DNA from: Desulfomicrobium sp. | GTDB taxonomy: Bacteria > Desulfobacterota > Desulfovibrionia > Desulfovibrionales > Desulfomicrobiaceae | Direction: 5' to 3' | Assembly (NCBI GenBank): GCA_040768745.1 | Contig: JAXGMI010000002.1 | Span: 160,001 to 224,000 of the forward strand | Length of the DNA: 64,000 nucleotides | Shown here: piece after piece, positions 1 through 10,204 of the stretch | Numbering within the stretch: position 1 is the stretch's first letter | Layout of the letters: every line of letters begins with the position of its first letter | Notes under the pieces: generated by a model | Seen by the model: the letters and a program-made list of their open reading frames with translations, nothing else | Told to the model about the DNA's origin: nothing | The model's database searches: none | Made by a program: the position numbers and the translations under genes

Positions 1-425
1 TCCTTTTTTCCGACGACACCCACAAGCCGGCCTTTCTCCACCACGGGCAGGGTGTGGAATTTCTTGTCCACCATGAGGGCAGCGATCTCATCCAGACCCA
101 TGTCGCCGGGGATGGTCACGACCTTGCTGGTCATGGCATCGGAAACCTTGGATGCGGCGATGCGCTTGACCTCGGTTTCCAGCAGGGCCGTGGAGGACAA
201 GGGCACGAATCCATCCAGCAGGGTGAACAGGGATGGGATGGGAAGGCTTTTCTGCATGCGGACGAGGTCGCTTTGGCAGATGATGCCGACCAGGTTGCCG
301 CTTGCATCGATCACGGGCAGCCCGTTGATCTGCTTGTCCAGAAGCACTTTTGCGGCTTCCGTGATGTCTGCGTCAGGGGAGATGGTGAGAACCGATCTTG
401 TCATGATATCCTGAGCTGTGCGCAT
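1..425 (-). CDS. CBS-domain protein (3' end runs off the window)
   Basis: Read by hand, absent from the ORF track: ATG at 425 after GAAGGAG; MRTAQDIMTRSVLTISPDADITEAAKVLLDKQINGLPVIDASGNLVGIICQSDL... is a tandem CBS pattern. Confidence 0.9.
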   Translation of the reverse strand, partial: MRTAQDIMTRSVLTISPDADITEAAKVLLDKQINGLPVIDASGNLVGIICQSDLVRMQKSLPIPSLFTLLDGFVPLSSTALLETEVKRIAASKVSDAMTSKVVTIPGDMGLDEIAALMVDKKFHTLPVVEKGRLVGVVGKK

Positions 426-1956
426 TTTTCCACTCCTTCAGGGATGTTGGCAGATGGTCGGCGATTTCGAGAGGGGTATTGCCCCGGTACGGGAATATCC
501 GTCCAAGGAGGGTCCCTGTATAGCCATGCCAGTACACGCCGATTTGGGCGGCGGTCAATGGCGGGTGACCCTGGGCCATGAGGCTGCCTATGACTCCGGC
601 CAGCACGTCACCGGAACCGGCAACTGCCAGATTCGGGGCGCAAAACGGAGAAATGGCGATGGGATCCTCGTGTCCGGCCACGATGGTGGCCGCACCCTTG
701 AGAACCAGGATGAGATTGTGTTTAAAGGAGAACATGCGGGCGTACCTGGCCCGTGCCAGATTGATCTCGTTCGGGGAGACGCCAAAGAAATTCGCCATCT
801 CCCCGGGATGAGGCGTGAGCACAGCATGGTCGTTCAGTCGTTCCAGCAGGTCAGGATTCTGGGCCAAAAGAAACAAGGAATCAGCATCATAGAGTGTCTG
901 TTCATGGGGAGCGGACAGGTAGCGTTCAAGGAATTCCCGGGCACCTGGCGTACGACCCAGGCCAGGACCGAAAACCACGGCCGAGAAACGCGAAAGGTGT
1001 TTGGCCAGATCCTCAAAACAGGCAGCGTTCCATTGGTCCGAATCTCCCAGGCCCAGGGTCATGACCTCCGGAAAATTGGCATATGCGGAGGTCAGCCCCA
1101 CGGGGCATGCGATGGTCGCCAGTCCACAGCCGGAGCGGTACCCGGCCCTGGCTGCGAGCAGGGGGGCACCTGTCATCCCGGGAGACCCGCCCAGAATGAG
1201 CAAGTGCCCGCTGCTGCCCTTGTGCATGGTCAAATAGGGGGCAGGGAGCAGGTGTTCAAGATTTGCTCCCAGGGCAACATGGGTGGCTGGATTGGCCTCC
1301 TTGATGTGCCTGGGGATGCCGATCTTCACGGTGGCCAATTTCCCGATGTACGGTTTGGCAGGAGGCAAGAACAGGCCAAGCTTGGCCTCCTCGAAGCTGA
1401 CGGTCAGATCAGCCTGGACAGCCAGGGGCATGGGTTCTCCCGTGGTGCCGTTCAAACCTGAGGGGATATCCAAGGAGAGCACGTAGGATTCTCCGCCCAT
1501 CTTGTTGATGGCCTTGATCCAGGACTGAAATCTGGGTCTGAGTTCACCTTGAAATCCGGTGCCCAGCAGGCCGTCTACAATCACGTCGATCCTGGGCAAT
1601 CCCTCCAGCTCGTATTCAGGCAGATAGGAGCAGGGGATGCCCATTTTCATGGCCAGACTCAGGTGATAGGCCGAGTCGTCGGTGTAATCGTGCTGCAGCT
1701 TGGCATGGAGAATGAGAACCTTCGCTCCGAGATTGACCAAATGTCTAGCCAGAGCGAAAGCATCGCCCCCATTGTTGCCAGGACCTGCAAAGACAATGGC
1801 GGACTTGTCGCGTACCGGCCCCAATTCCTTTTTCAGGATGAACAGCGCGCCTCGGCTGGCGTTTTCCATCAGGATCTTTCCGGAAAGGCCGAATTCTTCC
1901 ATGGTCAGCCTGTCCCATGTGGCCATTTCCGCGGGTGTTGGCAAAAGCGTAACCAT
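373..1956 (-). CDS. nnr: Bifunctional NAD(P)H-hydrate epimerase/dehydratase (YjeF/Nnr)
   Basis: LMENA, GPGNNGGD, DGLLGTG and DIPSG (YjeF_N) plus HKG..G, GPGLG, LTPHPGEM and AGSGDVLAG (NnrD). Confidence 0.95.
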   Translation of the reverse strand: MVTLLPTPAEMATWDRLTMEEFGLSGKILMENASRGALFILKKELGPVRDKSAIVFAGPGNNGGDAFALARHLVNLGAKVLILHAKLQHDYTDDSAYHLSLAMKMGIPCSYLPEYELEGLPRIDVIVDGLLGTGFQGELRPRFQSWIKAINKMGGESYVLSLDIPSGLNGTTGEPMPLAVQADLTVSFEEAKLGLFLPPAKPYIGKLATVKIGIPRHIKEANPATHVALGANLEHLLPAPYLTMHKGSSGHLLILGGSPGMTGAPLLAARAGYRSGCGLATIACPVGLTSAYANFPEVMTLGLGDSDQWNAACFEDLAKHLSRFSAVVFGPGLGRTPGAREFLERYLSAPHEQTLYDADSLFLLAQNPDLLERLNDHAVLTPHPGEMANFFGVSPNEINLARARYARMFSFKHNLILVLKGAATIVAGHEDPIAISPFCAPNLAVAGSGDVLAGVIGSLMAQGHPPLTAAQIGVYWHGYTGTLLGRIFPYRGNTPLEIADHLPTSLKEWKNAHSSGYHDKIGSHHLP

Positions 1957-1965
1957 AGACTCTCC

Positions 1966-2298
1966 TTAATTTTCGAGGACAGTAACCGCCACGGCGTTTT
2001 ACCGGCCGTGCGAAAGGGAGCATGAACGCTGGTCACTTAAAGACGCATGGTTTCCCGATCTGGTCGGAAAGGATTTCAAAATCCTGAAAAATGCTGTCGA
2101 GGTGGAACTCGGTGTCCAGCGCTGTGGCAGCAGCCTCTTCGGCCGCGAACCGAGAATCTGGAATCGGGATGGGATTTGCGTCCACCTCCGAACAGTTGCA
2201 TCGGGTCAGGACACATTGCCAAGGCGCTCCCCAGATTGTTTGAAGCCCGTTGTAGTGCTGGACAGTTCAACGATGTCGACCCTCGTACCAAAAATCAT
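1966..2298 (-). pseudogene. acpS: Degenerate holo-[acyl-carrier-protein] synthase
   Basis: Three pieces in different frames: MIFGTRVDIVELS..., ...DSRFAAEEAAATALDT...FQDFEILSDQIGKPC, and ...SHGR*NAVAVTVLEN*. These match the AcpS motifs GxDIVE, RFAAKEA..KALGT, GKP and SLSH...AVAVVVLE. Frameshifts and internal stops are present. Confidence 0.8.
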
Positions 2299-2544
2299 GA
2301 TGACGCGTCCTTTTGGGTCTGAGCGTAATTGTTTTTCAATTTCATTCAAAAATGGAAAGAATGTCAATGCACTGCCGTTCAAGTAAAAATGGGCGCCACG
2401 ATCATGTGGCATTGAGGTGGAGAAAGGATTGTCTTGCGCCGCCAAAGGGGAAAATTATTCTTGACTTTCCAGAGGTTCGTCTCGAAGAAAAGCGCTTGCT
2501 GAAGGTGCCGCCGCGCCTGGCAGCAATTCATGCCAGGAGGGGGA

Positions 2545-3690
2545 ATGAACGACGCCAACGTGTCAAGCCCGACCATCCCTGTGGTCAGTCTGCATGAGGT
2601 GAGCAAGGTCTATGACGGTCAGCATGCCCTGAATGGTGTATCCCTCGATGTCCAGCGCGGCGAATTTCTAACCATCCTAGGCCCTTCAGGTTGCGGCAAG
2701 ACCACCATTCTTCGTCTCATCGCAGGTTTCGAGAAAGTCACGTCCGGCAGGGTGTACATCGACGGACAGGACGTATCCGGCCTCCCTCCCGAGCGACGTA
2801 ACGTCAACACAGTATTCCAGAGTTATGCCCTGTTCCCGCACATGAACGTGTTCGAGAACGTGGCTTTCGGTCTGCGTATGAAGAAGCGAACCGAAGCCGA
2901 AATTGTCAGTTCCGTTGGAAAGGCGTTGCGCCTTGTTCAGCTGGACGGCTTCGAGAAACGCATGGTCGGCAATCTTTCGGGCGGCCAACAGCAGCGTGTG
3001 GCCATCGCCCGGGCTATCGTCAACCGGCCCCTTGTCCTTCTGCTGGACGAACCCCTCTCGGCCCTGGACTACCGCCTTCGCAAGCGGATGCAACTTGACC
3101 TGAAACATCTGCAGCGCAAGCTCGGCATCACCTTCGTCCTGGTCACCCACGATCAGGAAGAGGCCTTTTCCATGTCCGACCGGGTCGTGGTCATGAACGA
3201 CGGCCATATCGAGCAGATCGGTACGCCGGCGGGTATCTACGAGGAACCCCGCAATCTTTACGTGGCCCGATTCGTGGGCGAGATCAACATTCTCAACGCC
3301 GAGGTGGTGGAACAGTCCGAGGGAAGTGCGCGGGTCCGGGCCCAGGGGCTTGATGTGACCATGCGCACCAGATGCGCCTTCGCGCCGGGCGACAAGGTGC
3401 ACGTTCTGCTGCGCCCCGAGGATTTGCGGGTCGAGACCTTGAAGGATCTGGCCGAGGACCCGGAACTGGGAGACAGTTTCGCTGGCGGGCGATCCATGGT
3501 CGGCACGGTTGAGGAAACCATCTACAAGGGCGCTACCTACGATGTGGCCGTGCGCCTGGACAACGGCTCACAGGTCATGGCCACGGAGTTTTTCAACGAA
3601 GACGACGAGACCGTGTATTTCCGGGCCGGGGACCGTGTCGCAGTGAGCTGGGTCGAAGGCTGGGAAGTGGTGCTGCCGCATGAGGAGTGA
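2545..3690 (+). CDS. potA: Spermidine/putrescine ABC transporter ATP-binding subunit
   Basis: [49 protein letters not shown] before ATG 2545. Confidence 0.95.
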   Translation: MNDANVSSPTIPVVSLHEVSKVYDGQHALNGVSLDVQRGEFLTILGPSGCGKTTILRLIAGFEKVTSGRVYIDGQDVSGLPPERRNVNTVFQSYALFPHMNVFENVAFGLRMKKRTEAEIVSSVGKALRLVQLDGFEKRMVGNLSGGQQQRVAIARAIVNRPLVLLLDEPLSALDYRLRKRMQLDLKHLQRKLGITFVLVTHDQEEAFSMSDRVVVMNDGHIEQIGTPAGIYEEPRNLYVARFVGEINILNAEVVEQSEGSARVRAQGLDVTMRTRCAFAPGDKVHVLLRPEDLRVETLKDLAEDPELGDSFAGGRSMVGTVEETIYKGATYDVAVRLDNGSQVMATEFFNEDDETVYFRAGDRVAVSWVEGWEVVLPHEE

Positions 3691-4534
3691 CGGATTCTTC
3701 AAGACGGCGGTCATTGTCGGGACCATCGCCTGGATGGCCCTTTTTGCGTTCGTGCCCAACGTACTGGTCTTTTTGGCCAGTTTCGGCTCAGCATCGCCGG
3801 AGAATTTCATCGAACCGGGGTTCTCGCTGCACAACTATGCCCGGCTCATGGACCGCTCCCATCTGGAGATCATGCTCTCCTCCCTGGAACTGTCCGGCCT
3901 GGTCACCCTCGTCTGCCTGCTGACGGCCTATCCTTTTGCCGCTATCCTGGCCCGCGCCCGCCAGCCCTGGCGCAGCTACATGCTCGTCCTGGTGGTCATT
4001 CCCTTTTGGACCAATTCCCTGGTGCGGACCTACGCCATGACGGCCATGCTCAACACCAGCGGCATCATCAATTCCGTGCTGCTTGGCCTGGGCATCGTCA
4101 AGGAACCCCTGGCCATGATGTACACTCCCGGGGCAGTGGTCCTGGGCTTGGCCTACACCTTGCTTCCTTTCATGATTCTGCCCCTGTACACGGCCCTTGA
4201 ACGGCTCGACCGCAGATACGTGGAGGCGTCCCGGGATCTTGGGGCGACGCCGATCAAGACCTTCTGGCGGGTGGTCGTGCCCTTGACCATGCCGGGCATT
4301 GTCTCGGGGTGCATGCTCGTCTTTCTGCCCGGCATCGGCATGTTCTACGTATCCGACGTGCTGGGCGGGGCCAAGGCGATGCTGCTCGGCAATTTTATCC
4401 GCGACCAGTTTTTGACCACCCGTGACTGGCCTCTGGGTGCGGCCGCCAGCGTGACCCTGACCGCGCTCATGGGCGTCATGCTCGTCCTGTACTGGAAGAG
4501 CTCCTCCCGCCTGAACGCCGGGAGTCAGGCATGA
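3680..4534 (+). CDS. potB: Spermidine/putrescine ABC permease
   Basis: [15 protein letters not shown] loop EASRDLGA; operon position. Confidence 0.93.
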   Translation: MRSDGFFKTAVIVGTIAWMALFAFVPNVLVFLASFGSASPENFIEPGFSLHNYARLMDRSHLEIMLSSLELSGLVTLVCLLTAYPFAAILARARQPWRSYMLVLVVIPFWTNSLVRTYAMTAMLNTSGIINSVLLGLGIVKEPLAMMYTPGAVVLGLAYTLLPFMILPLYTALERLDRRYVEASRDLGATPIKTFWRVVVPLTMPGIVSGCMLVFLPGIGMFYVSDVLGGAKAMLLGNFIRDQFLTTRDWPLGAAASVTLTALMGVMLVLYWKSSSRLNAGSQA

Positions 4535-5298
4535 TGCGCTGGGTCCGCCGGCTCTATGTCGGGCTCATCTATCTTTTCCTCTACCTGCCGCTGGCGGTGA
4601 TGGTCGTTTATTCCTTCAACGCCTCCCGCTTTTCCATGGCCTGGAAAGGGGCGACGCTGGACTGGTACGTCAAGCTGCTCGGCAATACCGGCCTGATGCA
4701 GGCGGCCGCGCATTCGCTGCTCATCGCGATGGTGTCCGCGACCATTTCGAGTCTGCTGGGCACCTTCATCGCCATGGCCCTGCACCGCTGGCGTTTTCCG
4801 TCGCGCAAGGTCATCCACACGTCGCTTTTCGTGATGATGATGTCGCCAGACATCGTCATCGGCATTTCACTGCTGGTGCTGTTCATGGCCATGTCCCTGC
4901 CGCTGGGGTTCTGGACCCTGCTCATGGCCCATGTCACACTGTGCGTGCCTTTCGTGGCCATAACCGTCCACAGTCGTCTGCTGGGTTTCGACCGCCATGT
5001 AGTCGAGGCCGCACGGGATCTGGGCGCTGGCGAATACGAAGTTTTCCGCCATGTAGTCCTGCCCATGGTTTTTCCGGCGGTTTTGGCGGGATGGTTCATG
5101 AGTTTCACCCTGTCCATCGACGATGTCATCATCAGCTTTTTCACCACCGGCCCGACCTTCGAGGTCCTGCCGCTGCGCATCTATTCCATGGTCCGGCTCG
5201 GGCTCAAGCCCGAGGTCAACGCCCTTTGCGCCATCATGATCCTTGTAACCGCCGCGGCAGTCTTCCTGTCACAGCGCCTCTTGAAGGAGAAGCCATGA
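4531..5298 (+). CDS. potC: Spermidine/putrescine ABC permease
   Basis: FLYLP..YSFN, EAARDLGA, SFTLSIDDV, LPLRIYSMVR. Confidence 0.93.
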   Translation: MMRWVRRLYVGLIYLFLYLPLAVMVVYSFNASRFSMAWKGATLDWYVKLLGNTGLMQAAAHSLLIAMVSATISSLLGTFIAMALHRWRFPSRKVIHTSLFVMMMSPDIVIGISLLVLFMAMSLPLGFWTLLMAHVTLCVPFVAITVHSRLLGFDRHVVEAARDLGAGEYEVFRHVVLPMVFPAVLAGWFMSFTLSIDDVIISFFTTGPTFEVLPLRIYSMVRLGLKPEVNALCAIMILVTAAAVFLSQRLLKEKP

Positions 5299-6326
5299 AA
5301 CGTCTCTTCTTTTTCGTTGTAAGTGTATTCCTGGCCAGCCAGGCCTGGGCCGCCCCCAAGGAACTCTATGTGTACAACTGGTCGGAGTACATGCCGGAAA
5401 GCGTGCTGGAGGACTTCACCAAGGAGACCGGCGTCAAGGTCATCATGTCCACTTACGACAGCAACGAGGCCATGTACGCCAAAATCAAGATGGTCAATGC
5501 CAGGGGCTACGATATCATCGTGCCTTCCACGGATTTCGTATCGCGCATGAGCCGGGAGGGCCTGCTGCGTCCCCTGGACAAGACACGCTTGAAGAATTTC
5601 GCCAATCTGGATCCGTACCTGCTCAATCAGGCCTTTGATCCGGGCAATACGTTCAGCGTGCCCTACCTGTGGGGCTCCACGGTCATCGCCGTCAACGCCA
5701 AGGATCCGGCCGCGGCGGCCGTCACGTCCTTCGCAGACCTGTGGAAACCGGAGCTGAAGGGCAAATTGCTTCTTCCCAACGACATGCGCGGGGTACTGGG
5801 CATGGGCCTGAAACGTCTGGGATATTCGCTGAATGAAGCCGACCCGGCCAAGGTGGCCGAGGCCTGCGCGCTGCTCAAGCCCCTCATGCAGAACGTGCGG
5901 GTTTTCGATTCCGACTCGCCCAAGCAGGCTCTGCTCAACAACGAGGTTCAGGCTGCGGTGCTCTGGAATGGCGAAGCCTACATCGCCTCTGGGGAGAATC
6001 CGGACATCAAGTTTGTTTATCCGACCGAGGGTTTCAGTCTGTGGGTGGACAACCTGTGCATCCCCAAGAACGCTGTCAATGTCGACAGCGCCCATCTCTT
6101 CATCGACTACCTGCTGCGGCCGGAGGTCGCGGCACTCATCTGCCAGGAAATGGGGTACTCCTCGCCCAATCTGAAGGGCAAGGAGTCCCTGCCCGAGGAG
6201 GTCCGGACCAACGCCGTCGTTTATCCCGGCGATGCGGAGATGGAACGGGGCGAGTTCGAAACCGATCTCGGTCCGGCCGTGAAGACCTATGAAAAATGTT
6301 GGATGCAGCTCAAAATGGCACGCTGA
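5295..6326 (+). CDS. potD: Spermidine/putrescine-binding periplasmic protein
   Basis: Signal peptide, LYVYNWSEY, YDSNEAM, PY.WG and WVDNL. ATG at 5295 overlaps the potC stop; RBS AAGGAG. Confidence 0.93.
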   Translation: MKRLFFFVVSVFLASQAWAAPKELYVYNWSEYMPESVLEDFTKETGVKVIMSTYDSNEAMYAKIKMVNARGYDIIVPSTDFVSRMSREGLLRPLDKTRLKNFANLDPYLLNQAFDPGNTFSVPYLWGSTVIAVNAKDPAAAAVTSFADLWKPELKGKLLLPNDMRGVLGMGLKRLGYSLNEADPAKVAEACALLKPLMQNVRVFDSDSPKQALLNNEVQAAVLWNGEAYIASGENPDIKFVYPTEGFSLWVDNLCIPKNAVNVDSAHLFIDYLLRPEVAALICQEMGYSSPNLKGKESLPEEVRTNAVVYPGDAEMERGEFETDLGPAVKTYEKCWMQLKMAR

Positions 6327-6347
6327 GTCAGGTCAAAAAAGAATGTC

Positions 6348-6380
6348 AACGGCGCGCTTCGGCCGTTGCGCGCCGTTTTG
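6348..6380 (+). terminator. Probable intrinsic terminator after potD
   Basis: AACGGCGCGC / GCGCGCCGTT stem followed by T-rich sequence. Confidence 0.55.
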
Positions 6381-6422
6381 TGTGGTCTTGTTTTTCGCTC
6401 CCGCCGGGAGCGCGGATCAGTT

Positions 6423-6617
6423 TCAGGAAAATCCGCCGCGCGGGGTGCAGGATGCCGCCGCTGTGACATTGCCCCGCACGGTGCAGGCCGAGATTTGTTT
6501 GGCCACGGCCTCGTTGGTGCCGCAGTGAGGACATTCGGGCAGGGTATCGTTGCTGGCGGGGAGGATCTCCTCGAAACAGAATCCACAGGTCTGGCATTGG
6601 AATTCGTAGATGGGCAT
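6423..6617 (-). CDS. FmdB-family zinc-ribbon protein
   Basis: MPIYEFQCQTCG..FE....ECPHCG motif. Confidence 0.88.
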   Translation of the reverse strand: MPIYEFQCQTCGFCFEEILPASNDTLPECPHCGTNEAVAKQISACTVRGNVTAAASCTPRGGFS

Positions 6618-6686
6618 GCTAGTTTTCCTGCACAAGGGCCGTAGGCCGACTATTGAAAAAGCACTTCAACGTCTTTGGAGGCAAGC

Positions 6687-6878
6687 ATGGAATCGCATGT
6701 GCGCAAGCGCCTGGATGATTTTTTTGATGTCGGGTTCGGAAAGTCCACGGGCATCGATACGGCCCTGGAGATCACCAAGATATATGCCGGCTCGGCCGGA
6801 GCGGACCCGGACAAGATTCCGGAACTTTTTCTGCACCTTGTGAAACTTTTTGAACCGCACCTGGACGAAAGGGAGTGA
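6687..6878 (+). CDS. Small hypothetical protein (63 aa)
   Basis: GGAGG RBS before ATG 6687; protein-like composition; divergent from the FmdB gene. Confidence 0.6.
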   Translation: MESHVRKRLDDFFDVGFGKSTGIDTALEITKIYAGSAGADPDKIPELFLHLVKLFEPHLDERE

Positions 6879-7159
6879 TCCGGCCTGGGCCGATTGACAG
6901 CCTCGGTGTATTTCTTCAAGACCCCAGCGGTGAACAGAATTTGATGCTGAGTGGGGTCTTTTCAGAGATTCTTTGCGCCAACAGGTGCTCCGGCCCTGTG
7001 TTGCATGGGGGATTGTGCCTTTTCCCGGAGAAATTTCAGGCTGTCGTGTTTGAGCGGAGCTGGCGCGATCAAAACCGAACGGGCCATGCTGACCAGAATG
7101 CCTGAGAATCGCTTTTTCTGACTCTCGCCCAACCGCTGAGATTAAGGAGCATTTGCCTA

Positions 7160-8485
7160 ATGAATATCTGCATTGTCGGCACGGGGTATGTTGGCCTTGT
7201 GTCTGCCGCGTGTTTCGCTGAAATGGGCAACACCGTGACATGTGTGGACATCAATCCGGAAGTGATCGCCAGGCTCAAAAAAGGCGAGGTCCATATTTAC
7301 GAGCCAGGACTGGAAGAGTTGGTCCGTCGCAACGCCAAAGAGGGACGGTTGGCGTTTACCACGGACCTGGCGGAGGGCATGCAGGACACCCTTTTTGTGT
7401 TCTGCTGTGTGGGAACTCCAGAAGGGGAGAATGGCACAGCTGACCTGCGTCACGTCAAGCAGGTGGCCAGCGAGGTGGGCAAAATCATTACCGGTTACAC
7501 GATTTTCGTGGACAAATCCACGGTGCCCGTCGGAACGGCCGACGCGGTGCGTGCCATTATCGAGGCCGAACTCAGCCAGCGCGGAGTGCAGGTGGAGTTT
7601 GACGTGGTCTCCAATCCGGAATTTCTGAAGGAAGGTGACGCGGTCAATGATTTCATGAAGCCTGACCGCGTGGTGGTGGGCACGGACAACGTGCGCACGG
7701 CCGAACTGCTGCGGACCCTATATTCCCCGTATGCCCGCAGTCGGGAAAAGCTGATCGTCATGGGCGTGCGCAGCGCTGAAATGACGAAATACGCGGCAAA
7801 TTGCATGCTGGCCACAAAAATTTCCTTCATCAACGAGATCGCCAATATTTGTGAACGGGTCGGGGCGGATGTGCGCGATGTGCGCCACGGTATCGGAGCT
7901 GACCACCGCATTGGCTATCAATTCATATACCCTGGTGTGGGTTATGGAGGATCGTGCTTCCCCAAGGATGTAAAGGCGTTGATCGGCACTGCCAAGGTCG
8001 CGGGCTATGATCCGCAGCTCCTGTCCGCCGTTGACGAGGTCAATGATCGGCAGAAGATGGTCATCGCCCACAAGATCGAGGCATATTTCAACCAGCAGGG
8101 AGGGGTGGGCGGCAAAACGTTGTCCCTGTGGGGGCTGGCATTCAAGGCCAACACGGATGACATGCGCGAGGCCCCTTCCCTGGCCATGATCCAGCGCTTG
8201 ACAGCCTTGGGCATGCGCATACGTGCGTTTGATCCAGCGGCCGGGGAAAATGCACGACGCATGCTGGCCAAAAATCATCTGGTGGAGATCTGCAACGATC
8301 AGTACGCCGCCTTAGACGGCGCTGAAGCCCTGGCCGTGGTCACCGAATGGAATCAGTTCCGAAATCCCGACTTCGGCAGGGTCAAAAAAGCCCTCAAGGC
8401 CCCTGTCCTGTTTGACGGGCGAAATCTGTATGCTCCCGCTCTCATGGCTGCCGAAGGGTTCGCCTATTTCTGCGTAGGCCGCTGA
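7160..8485 (+). CDS. ugd: UDP-glucose 6-dehydrogenase
   Basis: GTGYVGL, SNPEFLKEG, GYGGSCFPKD, GLAFKANTDDMRE. Confidence 0.95.
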   Translation: MNICIVGTGYVGLVSAACFAEMGNTVTCVDINPEVIARLKKGEVHIYEPGLEELVRRNAKEGRLAFTTDLAEGMQDTLFVFCCVGTPEGENGTADLRHVKQVASEVGKIITGYTIFVDKSTVPVGTADAVRAIIEAELSQRGVQVEFDVVSNPEFLKEGDAVNDFMKPDRVVVGTDNVRTAELLRTLYSPYARSREKLIVMGVRSAEMTKYAANCMLATKISFINEIANICERVGADVRDVRHGIGADHRIGYQFIYPGVGYGGSCFPKDVKALIGTAKVAGYDPQLLSAVDEVNDRQKMVIAHKIEAYFNQQGGVGGKTLSLWGLAFKANTDDMREAPSLAMIQRLTALGMRIRAFDPAAGENARRMLAKNHLVEICNDQYAALDGAEALAVVTEWNQFRNPDFGRVKKALKAPVLFDGRNLYAPALMAAEGFAYFCVGR

Positions 8486-8532
8486 CCAGGTCCGGCTGGG
8501 CCTTGGGTCCAGATCGTTGTTCAATCTGCATG

Positions 8533-8571
8533 ACCAGGGCGCGCTTTTCTGAAGGCGCGCCCTGGTTTTTT
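8533..8571 (+). terminator. Intrinsic terminator after ugd
   Basis: ACCAGGGCGCGC...GCGCGCCCTGGT stem followed by a T run. Confidence 0.8.
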
Positions 8572-8678
8572 GCATGGTTGAGCAAACAAGGGGGCATTGC
8601 AGGTGGCTGCGGGACAACCCTTGTCCACCGCAGGGTCTGCTGGATACTGATCGTCGGCGGACCTGTGCCCGGGGTGGT

Positions 8679-10127
8679 TCATTTGAACTTGACTTCCCCG
8701 TTCAATGTGGAACCGGCCTTGATTACGGCCTGGGTTCCTCCGGTGTTTGTTATCTTGACATCTCCGACACAACGCACGTTTTCCTGGAAAAGAACGTCCC
8801 CTTTGACGGACAAGCTGGTGCATTCCAGCAGAGATGGCGGATTCTTCGGGAAACGGGCCAGAAAAGAGTCAATCTTTTTGTAATAGTCCCCGTCAAGGTT
8901 AATTTGCGGCATGGGCATGGTTCGGGCAGGATTGGGGATAATCGTATCCCGATCAGACCTGATGAAGCAATCCGACATGACCTGCAGGAGGTCGTTCGTC
9001 GTCTTGACAGGGGCAAAGCGTTTTCTGGGCACAACAACTGCCTGTGCGTTGAAAAAATTGGTGATCGCCGATCCCATGGCTGTTTCCAGCTGAAAGACCT
9101 TGGGCGAAACCGGATCACGAGGATCCAGGTTCTTGGGATTGATGATCAGGTCCAGGGGCATCATCCGGTGTGCCACGAAGACTGCCTGCAGGACGCGCAG
9201 GTCCACCCATATGGAGTTGGTGTTGAAGAATTTGTATTTTTCTATGTCGCAAAATGACTTCATCTCCCTATCTGGGCACTGGGCCACCTCGCGCAGGGCA
9301 AATTGCTTGTTCTTTTTCAAACGGCAGAGGTGTCCGCCCTTTTTGTCCTGATCCGTGCGGCGGGCCACTTCCATGAGGAATGGCAGCTTGTGATGAACCA
9401 TGTACCCCAGCAGACGGCGGTTCATTATTGCCCCGAGGTTGTCCGAATTGGAAATGAAGGCATATTCATAGCCCTTGTCCAGAAGGGCATCGAGAATGCC
9501 TGACGTGACCATGGCTGTGTAAATGTCCCCATGTCCAGGGGGGTTCCATTCCAGCTCAGGATTTTGGGGCCAGGATGCCGGAGTGAAGTCTTTAGCGAGT
9601 ATCTTCGGATACTTATGCTGTAAAAACGCCAGGTCAATGCCTGTCAATCCATTATTGAAATCGCCAACCTTGAGCATGGTGTCCATGTGGGTCTTGAAAC
9701 TGTTCATGAACACCTGCGGGAATTCCACCCCGTAATGGGAACGCACGGTTTTGGCCTGAAGCAGGATGAGATCCAGAAAACTCAATCCGTCTTTGACCGG
9801 AATGAGCGATTTGGCCGTTTCCATACCCATGCTTGTCCCCAGACCACCGTTCAGCTTTATCACGGCTATTTTGTGCAGATTTTTTTCACCCAGTGCCTTG
9901 AACGATTCCATTTCCGTGTAGTCTGCCAGTTCCGTTTCAACTACAGGCTGGATCTCACGATCAGGGAGTTTGCCCTGGGCGCCGTAGAGAAATTGATTGA
10001 AGTAACACTTGAAGGTATTGATCACTATGGGCGGCAATCCCTGCTGTTCCATCTTCAAGGCAAAAGGGCGAAACAGGAGGGAGAGCTTTTGGTCGTCGAC
10101 AGTGAAGCAGCTTATTTTTGTGGCCAT
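8679..10127 (-). CDS. UTP--glucose-1-phosphate uridylyltransferase, eukaryotic-type (UDPGP family, not GalU)
   Basis: KLNGGLGTSMG, MNSF, WNPPGHGDIY, SNSDNLGA, DKKGG, FNTN, QLETAMG, RFAPVK and a C-terminal beta-helix-like tail. Confidence 0.92.
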   Translation of the reverse strand: MATKISCFTVDDQKLSLLFRPFALKMEQQGLPPIVINTFKCYFNQFLYGAQGKLPDREIQPVVETELADYTEMESFKALGEKNLHKIAVIKLNGGLGTSMGMETAKSLIPVKDGLSFLDLILLQAKTVRSHYGVEFPQVFMNSFKTHMDTMLKVGDFNNGLTGIDLAFLQHKYPKILAKDFTPASWPQNPELEWNPPGHGDIYTAMVTSGILDALLDKGYEYAFISNSDNLGAIMNRRLLGYMVHHKLPFLMEVARRTDQDKKGGHLCRLKKNKQFALREVAQCPDREMKSFCDIEKYKFFNTNSIWVDLRVLQAVFVAHRMMPLDLIINPKNLDPRDPVSPKVFQLETAMGSAITNFFNAQAVVVPRKRFAPVKTTNDLLQVMSDCFIRSDRDTIIPNPARTMPMPQINLDGDYYKKIDSFLARFPKNPPSLLECTSLSVKGDVLFQENVRCVGDVKITNTGGTQAVIKAGSTLNGEVKFK

Positions 10128-10204
10128 GTGAAGTCCTTACTGTGACAGGTTGTGCTTCATCGCTGTTCCAGCGGTTACGTCAAGGGGATAACATTAAAAA
10201 TAAT

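Noticed and set aside
373..425. 53-nt overlap of the nnr 3' end with the CBS gene as a functional overprint
   Set aside because: More simply a short unconserved C-terminal tail in a tightly packed operon.
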